A DNA stretch of 64,000 nt from the human T2T-CHM13v2.0 reference genome, Homo sapiens. Below the pieces are notes generated by a model. That model ran no database searches. It worked only from the letters and a program-made list of their open reading frames with translations, and was not told where the DNA came from. The position numbers and the translations under genes are program-made. The DNA lies in the NCBI RefSeq assembly GCF_009914755.1, contig NC_060946.1; one strand, written 5' to 3'. Shown piece after piece: positions 1 through 13,300 of this stretch (positions are counted from its first letter, which is position 1; each line of letters starts with the position of its first letter).

Positions 1-140
1 CAAATGTCCACTTGCAGATTCAACAAAACGTGTTTTTCAGAACTGCTCTATCAAAAGAAAGATCCACCTCTGTTAGCTGAGTTCACACATCAGAAACAAG
101 TTTATGAGAATGCTTCTGTCTAGTTTTTATTTGAAGATAT

Positions 141-157
141 TTCCTTTCTCACCATAG
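141..157 (-). promoter_or_regulatory. pJ-alpha-type box position of A-type monomer (representative; also 479-495, 821-837, 1163-1179)
   Basis: TTCCTTTCTCACCATAG is the reverse complement of CTATGGTGAGAAAGGAA. It resembles the pJ-alpha motif that occupies the CENP-B box position in alternate monomers. Confidence 0.7.
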
Positions 158-307
158 ACCTGAAAGCTGTCCTAATGTTCACTTCCAGATACTACAGAAA
201 GAGTGTTTCAAAACTGCTGTACGAAAGGGAATGTTCAACTCTGTGACTTGAATGCACACATCACAAAGAAGTTTCTGAGGATGCTGCTGTCTACTTTTTA
301 AACGTAA

Positions 308-324
308 TCCCGTTTCCAATGAAA
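308..324 (-). promoter_or_regulatory. CENP-B box with core CpG mutated (probably non-binding); intact in most other HOR copies
   Basis: TCCCGTTTCCAATGAAA has C>T at 320 in an essential core position. The same change is in the box at 1672-1688. Confidence 0.85.
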
Positions 325-649
325 TCCTCCAAGCTATCCAAATATCCACTTGCAGATTCCACAGAAAGACTGTTTCAAAACTGCTCTGTCAATAGAAAGG
401 TTCAACTCTGTTAGCTGCGTGCATATATCCCAAAGAAGATTCTGAGATTGCTTCTGTCTACTTTTTATGAGAAGATATTTCCCTTTTCACCGTAGGCGTC
501 AAGGCGCTCCAAATGTCCACTTCCAGATACTACAAAAAGAGTGTTTCAAACCTACTCTGTGAAAGGGAATATTCAACTCTGTGACTTGAATGCAGATATC
601 ACAAAGAAGTTTCTGAGAATGCTTCTGTCGAGATATTATATGAAGATAC

Positions 650-666
650 TCCCGTTTCCAACGAAA
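650..666 (-). promoter_or_regulatory. CENP-B box (intact; representative, repeats every 1364 bp)
   Basis: Plus-strand TCCCGTTTCCAACGAAA is the reverse complement of TTTCGTTGGAAACGGGA, matching the core NTTCGNNNNANNCGGGN. Confidence 0.97.
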
Positions 667-991
667 TCCTGAAATGTATCCAAATATCCCCTCGCAGATT
701 CTACAAAAAGAGTGTTTCAAAACTGCTCTGTAAAAAGAAAGGTTCAACTCTGTTAGTTGAGTACACACATCACAAACAAGTTTCACAGAATGCTTCTTTC
801 TAGCTCGTAGGGGAAGATATACCCTTTATCACCATGGGCCTCAAACCGTCCGAAACGTCCACTTCCATATACTACAAAAAGAGAGTTTCAAACCTGCTCT
901 AGGAAAAGCAATGTTCAACTCTGTGACTTGAATGCAGACATCACAGAGCAGTTTCTGAGAATGCTTCTGTCTAGATTTTATAGGAAGATAT

Positions 992-1008
992 TCCCGTTTC
1001 CAACGAAA
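992..1008 (-). promoter_or_regulatory. CENP-B box (intact; representative)
   Basis: TCCCGTTTCCAACGAAA on plus strand, 342 bp after the previous box. Confidence 0.97.
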
Positions 1009-1333
1009 TCTTCACAGCTATCCAAATATCCACTTGCAGATTCTACAAAAAGAGTGTATCAAAACTGCTCTGTCAAAAGGAAGGTTCTTCTCTGTTAATT
1101 GAGTACATACGTCATAAAGGAGTTTCTGAGAATGTTTCTGTCTAGTGGTTATGGGAAGATATTTGCTTTTTCACTTTAGGCCTCAGAGCACTCCAAATAT
1201 CCCCTTGCACATACTACAAAAAGAGTGCTTCAAAGCTGCTCTCTGAAACGGAATGTTCAAATCTATGAGTTGAATGCAAACATGACAAAGACGTTTCCGA
1301 GAATGCTTCTGTCTAGATTTGATATGACGATAT

Positions 1334-1350
1334 TCCCGTTTCCAACGAAA
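1334..1350 (-). promoter_or_regulatory. CENP-B box (intact; representative)
   Basis: TCCCGTTTCCAACGAAA on plus strand. There are four box positions per HOR, roughly 187 in the window. Confidence 0.97.
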
Positions 1351-4300
1351 TCTTCAAATCTATCCAAATGTCCACTTGCAGATTCAACAAAACGTGTTTT
1401 TCAGAACTGCTCTATCAAAAGAAAGATCCACCTCTGTTAGCTGAGTTCACACATCAGAAACAAGTTTATGAGAATGCTTCTGTCTAGTTTTTATTTGAAG
1501 ATATTTCCTTTCTCACCATAGACCTGAAAGCTGTCCTAATGTTCACTTCCAGATACTACAGAAAGAGTGTTTCAAAACTGCTGTACGAAAGGGAATGTTC
1601 AACTCTGTGACTTGAATGCACACATCACAAAGAAGTTTCTGAGGATGCTGCTGTCTACTTTTTAAACGTAATCCCGTTTCCAATGAAATCCTCCAAGCTA
1701 TCCAAATATCCACTTGCAGATTCCACAGAAAGACTGTTTCAAAACTGCTCTGTCAATAGAAAGGTTCAACTCTGTTAGCTGCGTGCATATATCCCAAAGA
1801 AGATTCTGAGATTGCTTCTGTCTACTTTTTATGAGAAGATATTTCCCTTTTCACCGTAGGCGTCAAGGCGCTCCAAATGTCCACTTCCAGATACTACAAA
1901 AAGAGTGTTTCAAACCTACTCTGTGAAAGGGAATATTCAACTCTGTGACTTGAATGCAGATATCACAAAGAAGTTTCTGAGAATGCTTCTGTCGAGATAT
2001 TATATGAAGATACTCCCGTTTCCAACGAAATCCTGAAATGTATCCAAATATCCCCTCGCAGATTCTACAAAAAGAGTGTTTCAAAACTGCTCTGTAAAAA
2101 GAAAGGTTCAACTCTGTTAGTTGAGTACACACATCACAAACAAGTTTCACAGAATGCTTCTTTCTAGCTCGTAGGGGAAGATATACCCTTTATCACCATG
2201 GGCCTCAAACCGTCCGAAACGTCCACTTCCATATACTACAAAAAGAGAGTTTCAAACCTGCTCTAGGAAAAGCAATGTTCAACTCTGTGACTTGAATGCA
2301 GACATCACAGAGCAGTTTCTGAGAATGCTTCTGTCTAGATTTTATAGGAAGATATTCCCGTTTCCAACGAAATCTTCACAGCTATCCAAATATCCACTTG
2401 CAGATTCTACAAAAAGAGTGTATCAAAACTGCTCTGTCAAAAGGAAGGTTCTTCTCTGTTAGGTGAGTGCATACGTCATAAAGGAGTTTCTGAGAATGTT
2501 TCTGTCTAGTGGTTATGGGAAGATATTTGCTTTTTCACCGTAGGCCTCACAGCGCACCAAATATCCACTTGCACATACTACAAAAAGAGTGCCTCAAAGC
2601 TGCTCTCTGAAACGGAATGTTCAACTCTATGAGTTGAATGCAAACATCACAAAGACGTTTCTGAGAATGCTTCTGTCTAGATTTGATATGACGATATTCC
2701 CGTTTCCAACGAAATCTTCAAATCTATCCAAATGTCCACTTGCAGATTCAAAAAAACGTGTTTTTCAGAACTGCTCTATCAAAAGAAAGATCCACGTCTG
2801 TTAGCTGAGTTCACACATCACAAACAAGTTTATGAGAATGCTTCTGTCTAGTTTTTATTTGAAGATATTTCCTTTCTCACCATAGACCTGAAAGCTGTCC
2901 TAATGTTCACTTCCAGATACTACAGAAAGAGTGTTTCAAAACTGCTGTACGAAAGGGAATGTTCAACTCTGTGACTTGAATGCCCACATCACAAAGAAGT
3001 TAATGAGGATGCTGCTGTCTACTTTTTATACGTAATCCCGTTTCCAACGAAATCCTCCAAGCTATCCAAATATCCACTTGCAGATTCCACAGAAAGACTG
3101 TTTCAAAACTGCTCTGTCAATAGAAAGGTTCAACTCTGTTAGCTGCGTGCATATATCCCAAAGAAGATTCTGAGATTGCTTCTGTCTAGTTTTTATGGGA
3201 AGATATTTCCCTTTTCACCGTAGGTGTCAAGGCGCTCCAAATGTCCACTTCCAGATACTACAAAAAGAGTGTTTCAAACCTACTCTGTGAAAGGGAATAT
3301 TGAACTCTGTGACTTGAATGCAGATATCACAAAGAAGTTTCTGAGAATGCTTCTGTCGAGATTTTATATGAAGATATTCCCGTTTCCAACGAAATCCTGA
3401 AATCTATCCAAATATCCCCTCGCAGATTCTACAAAAAGAGTGTTTCAAAACTGCTCTGTAAAAAGAAAGGTTCAACTCTGTTAGTTGAGTACACACATCA
3501 CAAACAAGTTTCACAGAATGCTTCTTTCTAGCTTGTAGGGGAAGATATTCCCTTTATCACCATGGGCCTCAAACCGTCCGAAACGTCTACTTCCATATAC
3601 TACAAAAAGAGCGTTTCAAACCTGCTCTATGAAAGGCAATGTTCAACTCTGTGACTTGAATGCAGACATCACAGAGCAGTTTCTGAGAATGCTTCTGTCT
3701 AGATTTTATAGGAAGATATTCCCGTTTCCAACGAAATCTTCACAGCTATCCAAATATCCACTTGCAGATTCTACAAAAAGAGTGTATCAAAACTGCTCTG
3801 TCAAAAGGAAGGTTCTTCTCTGTTAGTTGAGTACATACGTCATAAAGGAGTTTCTGAGAATGTTTCTGTTTAGTGGTTATGGGAAGATATTTGCTTTTTC
3901 ACCTTAGGCCTCAGAGCGCTCCAAATATCCACTTGCACATACTACAAAAAGAGTGCTTCAAAGCTGCTCTCTGAAACGGAATGTTCAACTCTATGAGTTG
4001 AATGCAAACATGACAAAGACGTTTCCGAGAATGCTTCTGTCTAGATTTGATATCACGATATTCCCGTTTCCAACGAAATCTTCAAATCTATCCAAATGTC
4101 CACTTGCAGATTCAACAAAACGTGTTTTTCAGAACTGCTCTATCAAAAGAAAGATCCACCTCTGTTACCTGAGTTCACACATCACAAACGAGTTTATGAG
4201 AATGCTTCTGTCTAGTTTTTATTTGAAGATATTTCCTTTCTCACCATAGACCTGAAAGCTGTCCTAATGTTCACTTCCAGATACTACAGAAAGAGTGTTT

Positions 4301-7300
4301 CAAAACTGCTGTACGAAAGGGAATGTTCAACTCCGTGACTTGAATGCACACATCACAAAGAAGTTTCTGAGGATGCTGCTGTCTACTTTTTATACGTAAT
4401 CCCGTTTGCAACGAAATCCTCCAAGCTATCCAAATATCCACTTGCAGATTCCACAGAAAGACTGTTTCAAAACTGCTCTGTCAATAGAAAGGTTCAACTC
4501 TGTTAGCTGCGTGCATATATCCCAAAGAAGATTCTGAGATTGCTTCTGTCTACTTTTTATGAGAAGATATTTCCCTTTTCACCGTAGGCGTCAAGGCGCT
4601 CCAAATGTCCACTTCCAGATACTACAAAAAGAGTGTTTCAAACCTACTCTGTGAAAGGGAATATTCAACTCTGTGACTTGAATGCACATATCACAAAGAA
4701 GTTTCTGAGAATGCTTCTGTCGAGATTTTATATGAAGATATTCCCGTTTCCAACGAAATCCTGAAATCTATCCAAATATCCCCTCGCAGATTCTACAAAA
4801 AGAGTGTTTCAAAACTGCTCTGTAAAAAGAAAGGTTCAACTCTGTTAGTTGAGTACACATATCACAAACAAGTTTCACAGAATGCTTCTTTCTAGCTTGT
4901 AGGGGAAGATATTCCCTTTATCACCATGGGCCTCAAACCGTCCTAAACGTCCACTTCCATATACTACAAAAAGAGCGTTTCAAACCTGCTCCATGAAAGG
5001 CAATGTTCAACTCTGTGACTTGAATGCAGACATCACAGAGCAGTTTCTGAGAATGCTTCTGTCTAGATTTTATAGGAAGATATTCCCGTTTCCAACGAAA
5101 TCTTCACAGCTATCCAAATATCCACTTGCAGATTCTACAAAAAGAGTGTATCAAAACTGCTCTGTCAAAAGGAAGGTTCTTCTCTGTTAGTTGAGTACAA
5201 ACGTCATAAAGGAGTTTCTGAGAATGTTTCTGTTTAGTGGTTATGGGAAGATATTTGCTTTTTCACCTTAGGCCTCAGAGCGCTCCAAATATCCCCTTGC
5301 ACATACTACAAAAAGAGTGCTTCAAAGCTGCTCTCTGAAACGGAATGTTCAACTCTATGAGTTGAATGCAAACATGACAAAGACGTTTCCGAGAATGCTT
5401 CTGTCTAGATTTGATATGACGATATTCCCGTTTCCAACGAAATCTTCAAATCTATCCAAATGTCCACTTGCAGATTCAAAAAAACGTGTTTTTCAGAACT
5501 GCTCTATCAAAAGAAAGATCCACGTCTGTTAGCTGAGTTCACACATCACAAACAAGTATATGAGAATGCTTCTGTCTAGTTTTTATTTGAAGATATTTCC
5601 TTTCTCACCATAGACCTGAAAGCTGTCCTAATGTTCACTTCCAGATACTACAGAAAGAGTGTTTCAAAACTGCTGTACGAAAGGGAATGTTCAACTCTGT
5701 GACTTGAATGCACACATCACAAAGAAGTTTCTGAGGATGCTACTGTCTACTTTTTATACGTAATCCCGTTTCCAACGAAATCCTCCAAGCTATCCAAATA
5801 TCCACTTGCAGATTCCACAGAAAGACTGTTTCAAAACTGCTCTGTCAATAGAAAGGTTCAACTCTGTTAGCTGCGTGCATATATCCCAAAGAAGATTCTG
5901 AGATTGCTTCTGTCTACTTTTTATGAGAAGATATTTCCCTTTTCACCGTAGGCGTCAAGGCGCTCCAAATGTCCACTTCCAGATACTACAAAAAGAGTGT
6001 TTCAAACCTACTCAGTGAAAGGGAATATTCAACTCTGTGACTTGAATGCACATATCACAAAGAAGTTTCTGAGAATGCTTCTGTCGAGATTTTATATGAA
6101 GATACTCCCGTTTCCAACGACATCCTGAAATCTATCCAAATATCCCCTCGCAGATTCTACAAAAAGAGTGTTTCAAAACTGCACTGTAAAAAGAAAGGTT
6201 CAACTCTGTTAGTTGAGTACACACATCACAAACAAGTTTCACAGAATGCTTCTTTCTAGCTTGTAGGGAAAGATATTCCCTTTATCACCATGGGCCTCAA
6301 ACCGTCCGAAACGTCCACTTCCATATACTACAAAAAGAGCGTTTCAAAAATGCTCTAGGAAAAGCAATGTTCAACTCTATGACTTGAATGCAGACATCAC
6401 AGAGCAGTTTCTGAAAATGCTTCTGTCTAGATTTTATAGGAAGATATTCCCGTTTCCAACGAAATCTTCACAGCTATCCAAATATCCACTTGCAGATTCT
6501 ACAAAAAGAGTGTATCAAAACTGCTCTGTCAAAAGGAAGGTTCTTCTCTGTTAGTTGAGTACATACGTCATAAAGGAGTTTCTGAGAATGTTTCTGTCTA
6601 GTGGTTATGGGAAGATATTTGCTTTTTCACCGTAGGCCTCACAGCGCTCCAAATATCCACTTGCACATACTACAAAAAGAGTGCTTCAAAGCTGCTCTCT
6701 GAAACGGAATGTTCAACTCTATGAGTTGAATGCAAACATGACAAAGACGTTTCCGAGAATGCTTCTGTCTAGATTTGATATGACGATATTCCCGTTTCCT
6801 ACGAAATCTTCAAATCTATCCAAATGTCCACTTGCAGATTCAACAAAACGTGTTTTTCAGAACTGCTCTATCAAAAGAAAGATCCACCTCTGTTAGCTGA
6901 GTTCACACATCACAAACAAGTTTATGAGAATGCTTCTGTCTAGTTTTTATTTGAAGATATTTCCTTTCTCACCATAGACCTGAAAGCTGTCCTAATGTTC
7001 ACTTCCAGATACTACAGAAAGACTGTTTCAAAACTACTGTACGAAAGGGAATGTTCAACTCTGTGACTTGAATGCACACATCACAAAGAAGTTTCTGAGG
7101 ATGCTGCTGTCTACTTTTTATACGTAATCCCGTTTCCAACGAAATCCTCCAAGCTATCCAAATATCCACTTCGAGATTCCACAGAAAGACTGTTTCAAAA
7201 CTGCTCTGTCAATAGAAAGGTTCAACTCTGTTAGCTGCGTGCATATATCCCAAAGAAGATTCTGAGATTGCTTCTGTCTAGTTTTTATGGGAAAATATTT

Positions 7301-10300
7301 CCCTTTTCACCGTAGGTGTCAAGGCGCTCCAAATGTCCACTTCCAGATACTACAAAAAGAGTGTTTCAAACCTACTCTGTGAAAGGGAATATTCAACTCT
7401 GTGACTTGAATGCAGATATCACAAAGAAGTTTCTGAGAATGCTTCTGTCGAGATTTTATATGAAGATATTCCCGTTTCCAACGAAATCCTGAAATCTATC
7501 CAAATATCCCCTCGCAGATTCTACAAAAAGAGTGTTTCAAAACTGCTCTGTAAAAAGAAAGGTTCAACTCTGTTAGTTGAGTACACACATCACAAACAAG
7601 TTTCACAGAATGCTTCTTTCTAGCTTGTAGGGGAAGATATTCCCTTTATCACCATGGGCCTCAAACCGTCCGAAACGTCTACTTCCATATACTACAAAAA
7701 GAGCGTTTCAAACCTGCTCTATGAAAGGCAATGTTCAACTCTGTGACTTGAATGCAGACATCACAGAGCAGTTTCTGAGAATGCTTCTGTCTAGATTTTA
7801 TAGGAAGATATTCCCGTTTCCAACGAAATCTTCACAGCTATCCAAATATCCACTTGCAGATTCTACAAAAAGAGTGTATCAAAACTGCTCTGTCAAAAGG
7901 AAGGTTCTTCTCTGTTAGTTGAGTACATACGTCATAAAGGAGTTTCTGAGAATGTTTCTGTCTAGTGGTTATGGGAAGATATTTGCTTTTTCACCTTAGG
8001 CCTCAGAGCACTCCAAATATCCCCTTGCACATACTACAAAAAGAGTGCTTCAAAGCTGCTCTCTGAAACGGAATGTTCAACTCTATGAGTTGAATGCAAA
8101 CATGACAAAGACGTTTCCGAGAATGCTTCTGTCTAGATTTGATATGACGATATTCCCGTTTCCAACGAAATCTTCAAATCTATCCAAATGTCCACTTGCA
8201 GATTCAACAAAACGTGTTTTTCAGAACTGCTCTATCAAAAGAAAGATGCACCTCTGTTAGCTGAGTTCACACATCACAAACAAGTTTATGAGAATGCTTC
8301 TGTCTAGTTTTTATTTGAAGATATTTCCTTTCTCACCATAGACCTGAAAGCTGTCCTAATGTTCACTTCCAGATACTACAGAAAGAGTGTTTCAAAACTG
8401 CTGTACGAAAGGGAATGTTCAACTCTGTGACTTGAATGCACACATCACAAAGAAGTTTCTGAGGATGCTGCTGTCTACTTTTTATACGTAATCCCGTTTC
8501 CAACGAAATCCTCCAAGCTATCCAAATATCCACTTGCAGATTCCACAGAAAGACTGTTTCAAAACTGCTCTGTCAATAGAAAGGTTCAACTCTGTTAGCT
8601 GCGTGCATATATCCCAAAGAAGATTCTGAGATTGCTTCTGTCTACTTTTTATGAGAAGATATTTCCCTTTTCACCGTAGGCGTCAAGGCGCTCCAAATGT
8701 CTACTTCCAGATACTACAAAAAGAGTGTTTCAAACCTACTCAGTGAAAGGGAATATTCAACTCTGTGACTTGAATGCAGATATCACAAAGAAGTTTCTGA
8801 GAATGCTTCTGTCGAGATTTTATATGAAGATACTCCCGTTTCCAACGAAATCCTGAAATCTATCCAAATATCCCCTCGCAGATTCTACAAAAAGAGTGTT
8901 TCAAAACTGCACTGTAAAAAGAAAGGTTCAACTCTGTTAGTTGAGTACACACATCACAAACAAGTTTCACAGAATGCTTCTTTCTAGCTTGTAGGGAAAG
9001 ATATTCCCTTTATCACCATGGGCCTCAAACCGTCCGAAACGTCCACTTCCATATACTACAAAAAGAGCGTTTCAAACCTGCTCTAGGAAAAGCAATGTTC
9101 AACTCTATGACTTGAATGCAGACATCACAGAGCAGTTTCTGAGAATGCTTCTGTCTAGATTTTATAGGAAGATATTCCCGTTTCCAACGAAATCTTCACA
9201 GCTATCCAAATATCCACTTGCAGATTCTACAAAAAGAGTGTATCAAAACTGCTCTGTCAAAAGGAAGGTTCTTCTCTGTTAGTTGAGTACATACGTCATA
9301 AAGGAGTTTCTGAGAATGTTTCTGTCTAGTGGTTATGGGAAGATATTTGCTTTTTCACCGTAGGCCTCACAGCGCTCCAAATATCCCCTTGCACATACTA
9401 CAAAAAGAGTGCTTCAAAGCTGCTCTCTGAAACGGAATGTTCAACTCTATGAGTTGAATGCAAACATGACAAAGACGTTTCCGAGAATGCTTCTGTCTAG
9501 ATTTGATATGACGATATTCCCGTTTCCAACGAAATCTTCAAATCTATCCAAATGTCCACTTGCAGATTCAACAAAACGTGTTTTTCAGAACTGCTCTATC
9601 AAAAGAAAGATCCACCTCTGTTAGCTGAGTTCACACATCACAAACAAGTTTATGAGAATGCTTCTGTCTAGTTTTTATTTGAAGATATTTCCTTTCTCAC
9701 CATAGACCTGAAAGCTGTCCTAATGTTCACTTCCAGATACTACAGAAAGAGTGTTTCAAAACTGCTGTACGAAAGGGAATGTTCAACTCTGTGACTTGAA
9801 TGCACACATCACAAAGAAGTTTCTGAGGATGCTGCTGTCTACTTTTTATACGTAATCCCGTTTCCAACGAAATCCTCCAAGCTATCCAAATATCCACTTG
9901 CAGATTCCACAGAAAGACTGTTTCAAAACTGCTCTGTCAATAGAAAGGTTCAACTCTGTTAGCTGCGTGCATACATCCCAAAGTAGATTCTGAGATTGCT
10001 TCTGTCTAGTTTTTATGGGAAGATATTTCCCTTTTCACCGTAGGCGTCAAGGCGCTCCAAATGTCCACTTCCAGATACTACAAAAAGAGTGTTTCAAACC
10101 TACTCTGTGAAAGGGAATATTCAACTCTGTGACTTGAATGCACATATCACAAAGAAGTTTCTGAGAATGCTTCTGTCGAGATTTTATATGAAGATATTCC
10201 CGTTTCCAACGAAATCCTGAAATCTATCCAAATATCCCCTCGCAGATTCTACAAAAAGAGTGTTTCAAAACTGCTCTGTAAAAAGAAAGGTTCAACTCTG

Positions 10301-13300
10301 TTAGTTGAGTACACACATCAAAAACAAGTTTCACAGAATGCTTCTTTCTAGCTTGTAGGGGAAGATATTCCCTTTATAACCATGGGCCTCAAACCGTCCG
10401 AAACGTCCACTTCCATATACTACAAAAAGAGCGTTTCAAACCTGCTCTATGAAAGGCAATGTTCAACTCTGTGACTTGAATACAGACATCGCAGAGCAGT
10501 TTCTGAGAATGCTTCTGTCTAGATTTTATAGGAAGATATTCCCGTTTCCAACGAAATCTTCACAGCTATCCAAATATCCACTTGCAGATCCTACAAAAAG
10601 AGTGTATCAAAACTGCTCTGTCAAAAGGAAGGTTCTTCTCTGTTAGGTGAGTGCATACGTCATAAAGGAGTTTCTGAGAATGTTTCTGTCTAGTGGTTAT
10701 GGGAAGATATTTGCTTTTTCACCGTAGGCCTCAGAGCGCTCCAAATATCCACTTGCACATACTACAAAAAGAGTGCTTCAAAGCTGCTCTCTGAAACGGA
10801 ATGTTCAACTCTATGAGTTGAATGCAAACATCACAAAGACGTTTCTGAGAATGCTTCTGTCTAGATTTGATATGAAGATATTCCCGTTTCCAACGAAATC
10901 TTAAAATCTATCCAAATGTCCACTTGCAGATTCAACAAAAAGTGTTTTTCAGAACTGCTCTATCAAAAGAAAGATCCACCTCTGTAAGCTGAGTTGACAC
11001 ATCACAAACAAGTTTATGAGAATGCTTCTGTCTAGTTTTTATTTGAAGATATTTCCTTTCTCACCGTAGACCTGAAAGCTGTCCTAATGTTCACTTCCAG
11101 ATACTACAGAAAGAGTGTTTCAAAACTGCTGTACGAAAGGGAATGTTCAACTCTGTGACTTCAATGCACACATCACAAAGAAGTTTCTGAGGATGCTGCT
11201 GTCTACTTTTTATACGTAATCCCGTTTCCAACGAAATCCTCCAAGCTATCCAAATATCCACTTGCAGATTCCACAGAAAGACTGTTTCAAAACTGCTCTG
11301 TCAATAGAAAGGTTCAACTCTGTTAGCTGCGTGCATATATCCCAAAGAAGATTCTGAGATTGCTTCTGTCTACTTTTTATGAGAAGATATTTCCCTTTTC
11401 ACCGTAGGCGTCAAGGCGCTCCAAATGTCCACTTCCAGATACTACAAAAAGAGTGTTTCAAACCTACTCTGTGAAAGGGAATATTGAACTCTGTGACTTG
11501 AATGCACATATCACAAAGAAGTTTCTGAGAATGCTTCTGTCGAGATTTTATATGAAGATATTCCCGTTTCCCACGAAATCCTGAAATCTATCCAAATATC
11601 CCCTCGCAGATTCTACAAAAAGAGTGTTTCAAAACTGCTCTGTAAAAAGAAAGGTTCAACTCTGTTAGTTGAGTACACACATCACAAACAAGTTTCACAG
11701 AATGCTTCCTTCTAGCTTGTAGGGGAAGATATTCCCTTTATCACCATGGGCCTCAAACCGTCCGAAACGTCCACTTCCATATACTACAAAAAGAGCGTTT
11801 CAAACCTGCTCTAGGAAAGGCAATGTTCAACTCTGTGACTTGAATGCAGACATCACAGAGCAGTTTCTGAGAATGCTTCTGTCTAGATTTTATAGGAAGA
11901 TATTCCCGTTTCCAACGAAATCTTCACAGCTATCCAAATATCCACTTGCAGATTCTACAAAAAGAGTGTATCAAAACTGCTCTGTCAAAAGGAAGGTTCT
12001 TCTCTGTTGGGTGAGTGCATACGTGATAAAGGAGTTTCTGAGAATGTTTCTGTCTAGTGGTTATGGGAAGATATTTGCTTTTTCACCGTAGGCCTCAGAG
12101 CGCTCCAAATATCCACTTGCACATACTACAAAAAGAGTGCCTCAAAGCTGCTCTCTGAAACGGAATGTTCAACTCTATGAGTTGAATGCAAACATCACAA
12201 AGACGTTTCTGAGAAAGCTTCTGTCTAGACTTGATATGAAGATATTCCCGTTTCCAACGAAATCTTCAAATCTATCCAAATGTCCACTTGCAGATTCAAC
12301 AAATCGTGTTTTTCAGAACTGCTCTATCAAAAGAAAGATCCACTTTTGTTAGCTGAGTTCACACATCACAAACAAGTTGATGAGAATGCTTCTGTCTAGT
12401 TTTTATTTGAAGATATTTCCTTTCTCACCATAGACCTGAAAGCTGTCCTAATGTTCACTTCCAGATACTACAGAAAGAGTGTTTCAAAACTGCTGTACGA
12501 AAGGGAATGTTCAACTCTGTGACTTGAATGCACACATCACAAAGAAGTTTCTGAGGATGCTGCTGTCTACTTTTTATACGTAATCCCGTTTCCAACGAAA
12601 TCCTCCAATCTATCCAAATATCCACTTGCAGATTCCACAGAAAGACTGTTTCAAAACTGCTCTGTCAATAGAAAGGTTCAACTCTGTTAGCCGCGTGCAT
12701 ATATCCCAAAGAAGATTCTGAGATTGCTTCTGTCTAGTTTTTATGGGAAGATATTTCCCTTTTCACCGTAGGTGTCAAGGCGCTCCAAATGTCCACTTCC
12801 AGATACTACAAAAAGAGTGTTTCAAACCTACTCTGTGAGAGGGAATATTCAACTCTGTGACTTGAATGCAGATATCACAAAGAAGTTTCTGAGAATGCTT
12901 CTGTCGAGATTTTATATGAAGACATTCCCGTTTCCAACGAAATCCTGAAATCTATCCAAATATCCCCTCGCAGATTCTACAAAAAGAGTGTTTCAAAACT
13001 GCTCTGTAAAAAGAAAGGTTCAACTCTGTTAGTTGAGTACACACATCACAAACAAGTTTCACAGAATGCTTCTTTCTAGCTTGTAGGGGAAGATATTCCC
13101 TTTATCACCATGGGCCTCAAACCGTCCGAAACGTCTACTTCCATATACTACAAAAAGAGAGTTTCAAACCTGCTCTATGAAAGGCAATGTTCAACTCTGT
13201 GACTTGAATGCAGACATCACAGAGCAGTTTCTGAGAATGCTTCTGTCTAGATTTTATAGGAAGATATTCCCGTTTCCAACGAAATCTTCACAGCTATCCA

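Larger units (their letters stand above)
1..1364 (-). repeat. One representative HOR unit (8 monomers = 4 dimers of 342+342+342+338 bp); probably the chr14/chr22 live HOR (D14Z9/D22Z1, alpha-XT family)
   Basis: Seen: the sequence at position 1 restarts at 1365. Box starts at 308, 650, 992, 1334 and 1672 give the dimer lengths. Each unit has one TaqI site (628), two XbaI sites (970, 1312) and one NcoI site (832), and normally no EcoRI site. XbaI 1312 to TaqI 1992 is 680 bp, matching my recollection of the alpha-XT(680) tetramer shared by chr14 and chr22. The chromosome assignment is inference and needs alignment to T2T HOR models. Confidence 0.7.

Noticed and set aside
1-1364. Assignment to other ~1.35-kb 8-mer arrays (chr10/chr12 SF1, chr18 variants)
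   Set aside because: Monomers look SF2 rather than SF1, there is no regular EcoRI periodicity, and the XbaI/TaqI pattern fits chr14/22 better. They are not formally excluded without alignment, and chr14 cannot be told from chr22 here.
4400-11578. Box variants at 4408, ~6800 and ~11572 as inactivating mutations
   Set aside because: They fall in non-essential (N) positions of the CENP-B box core.
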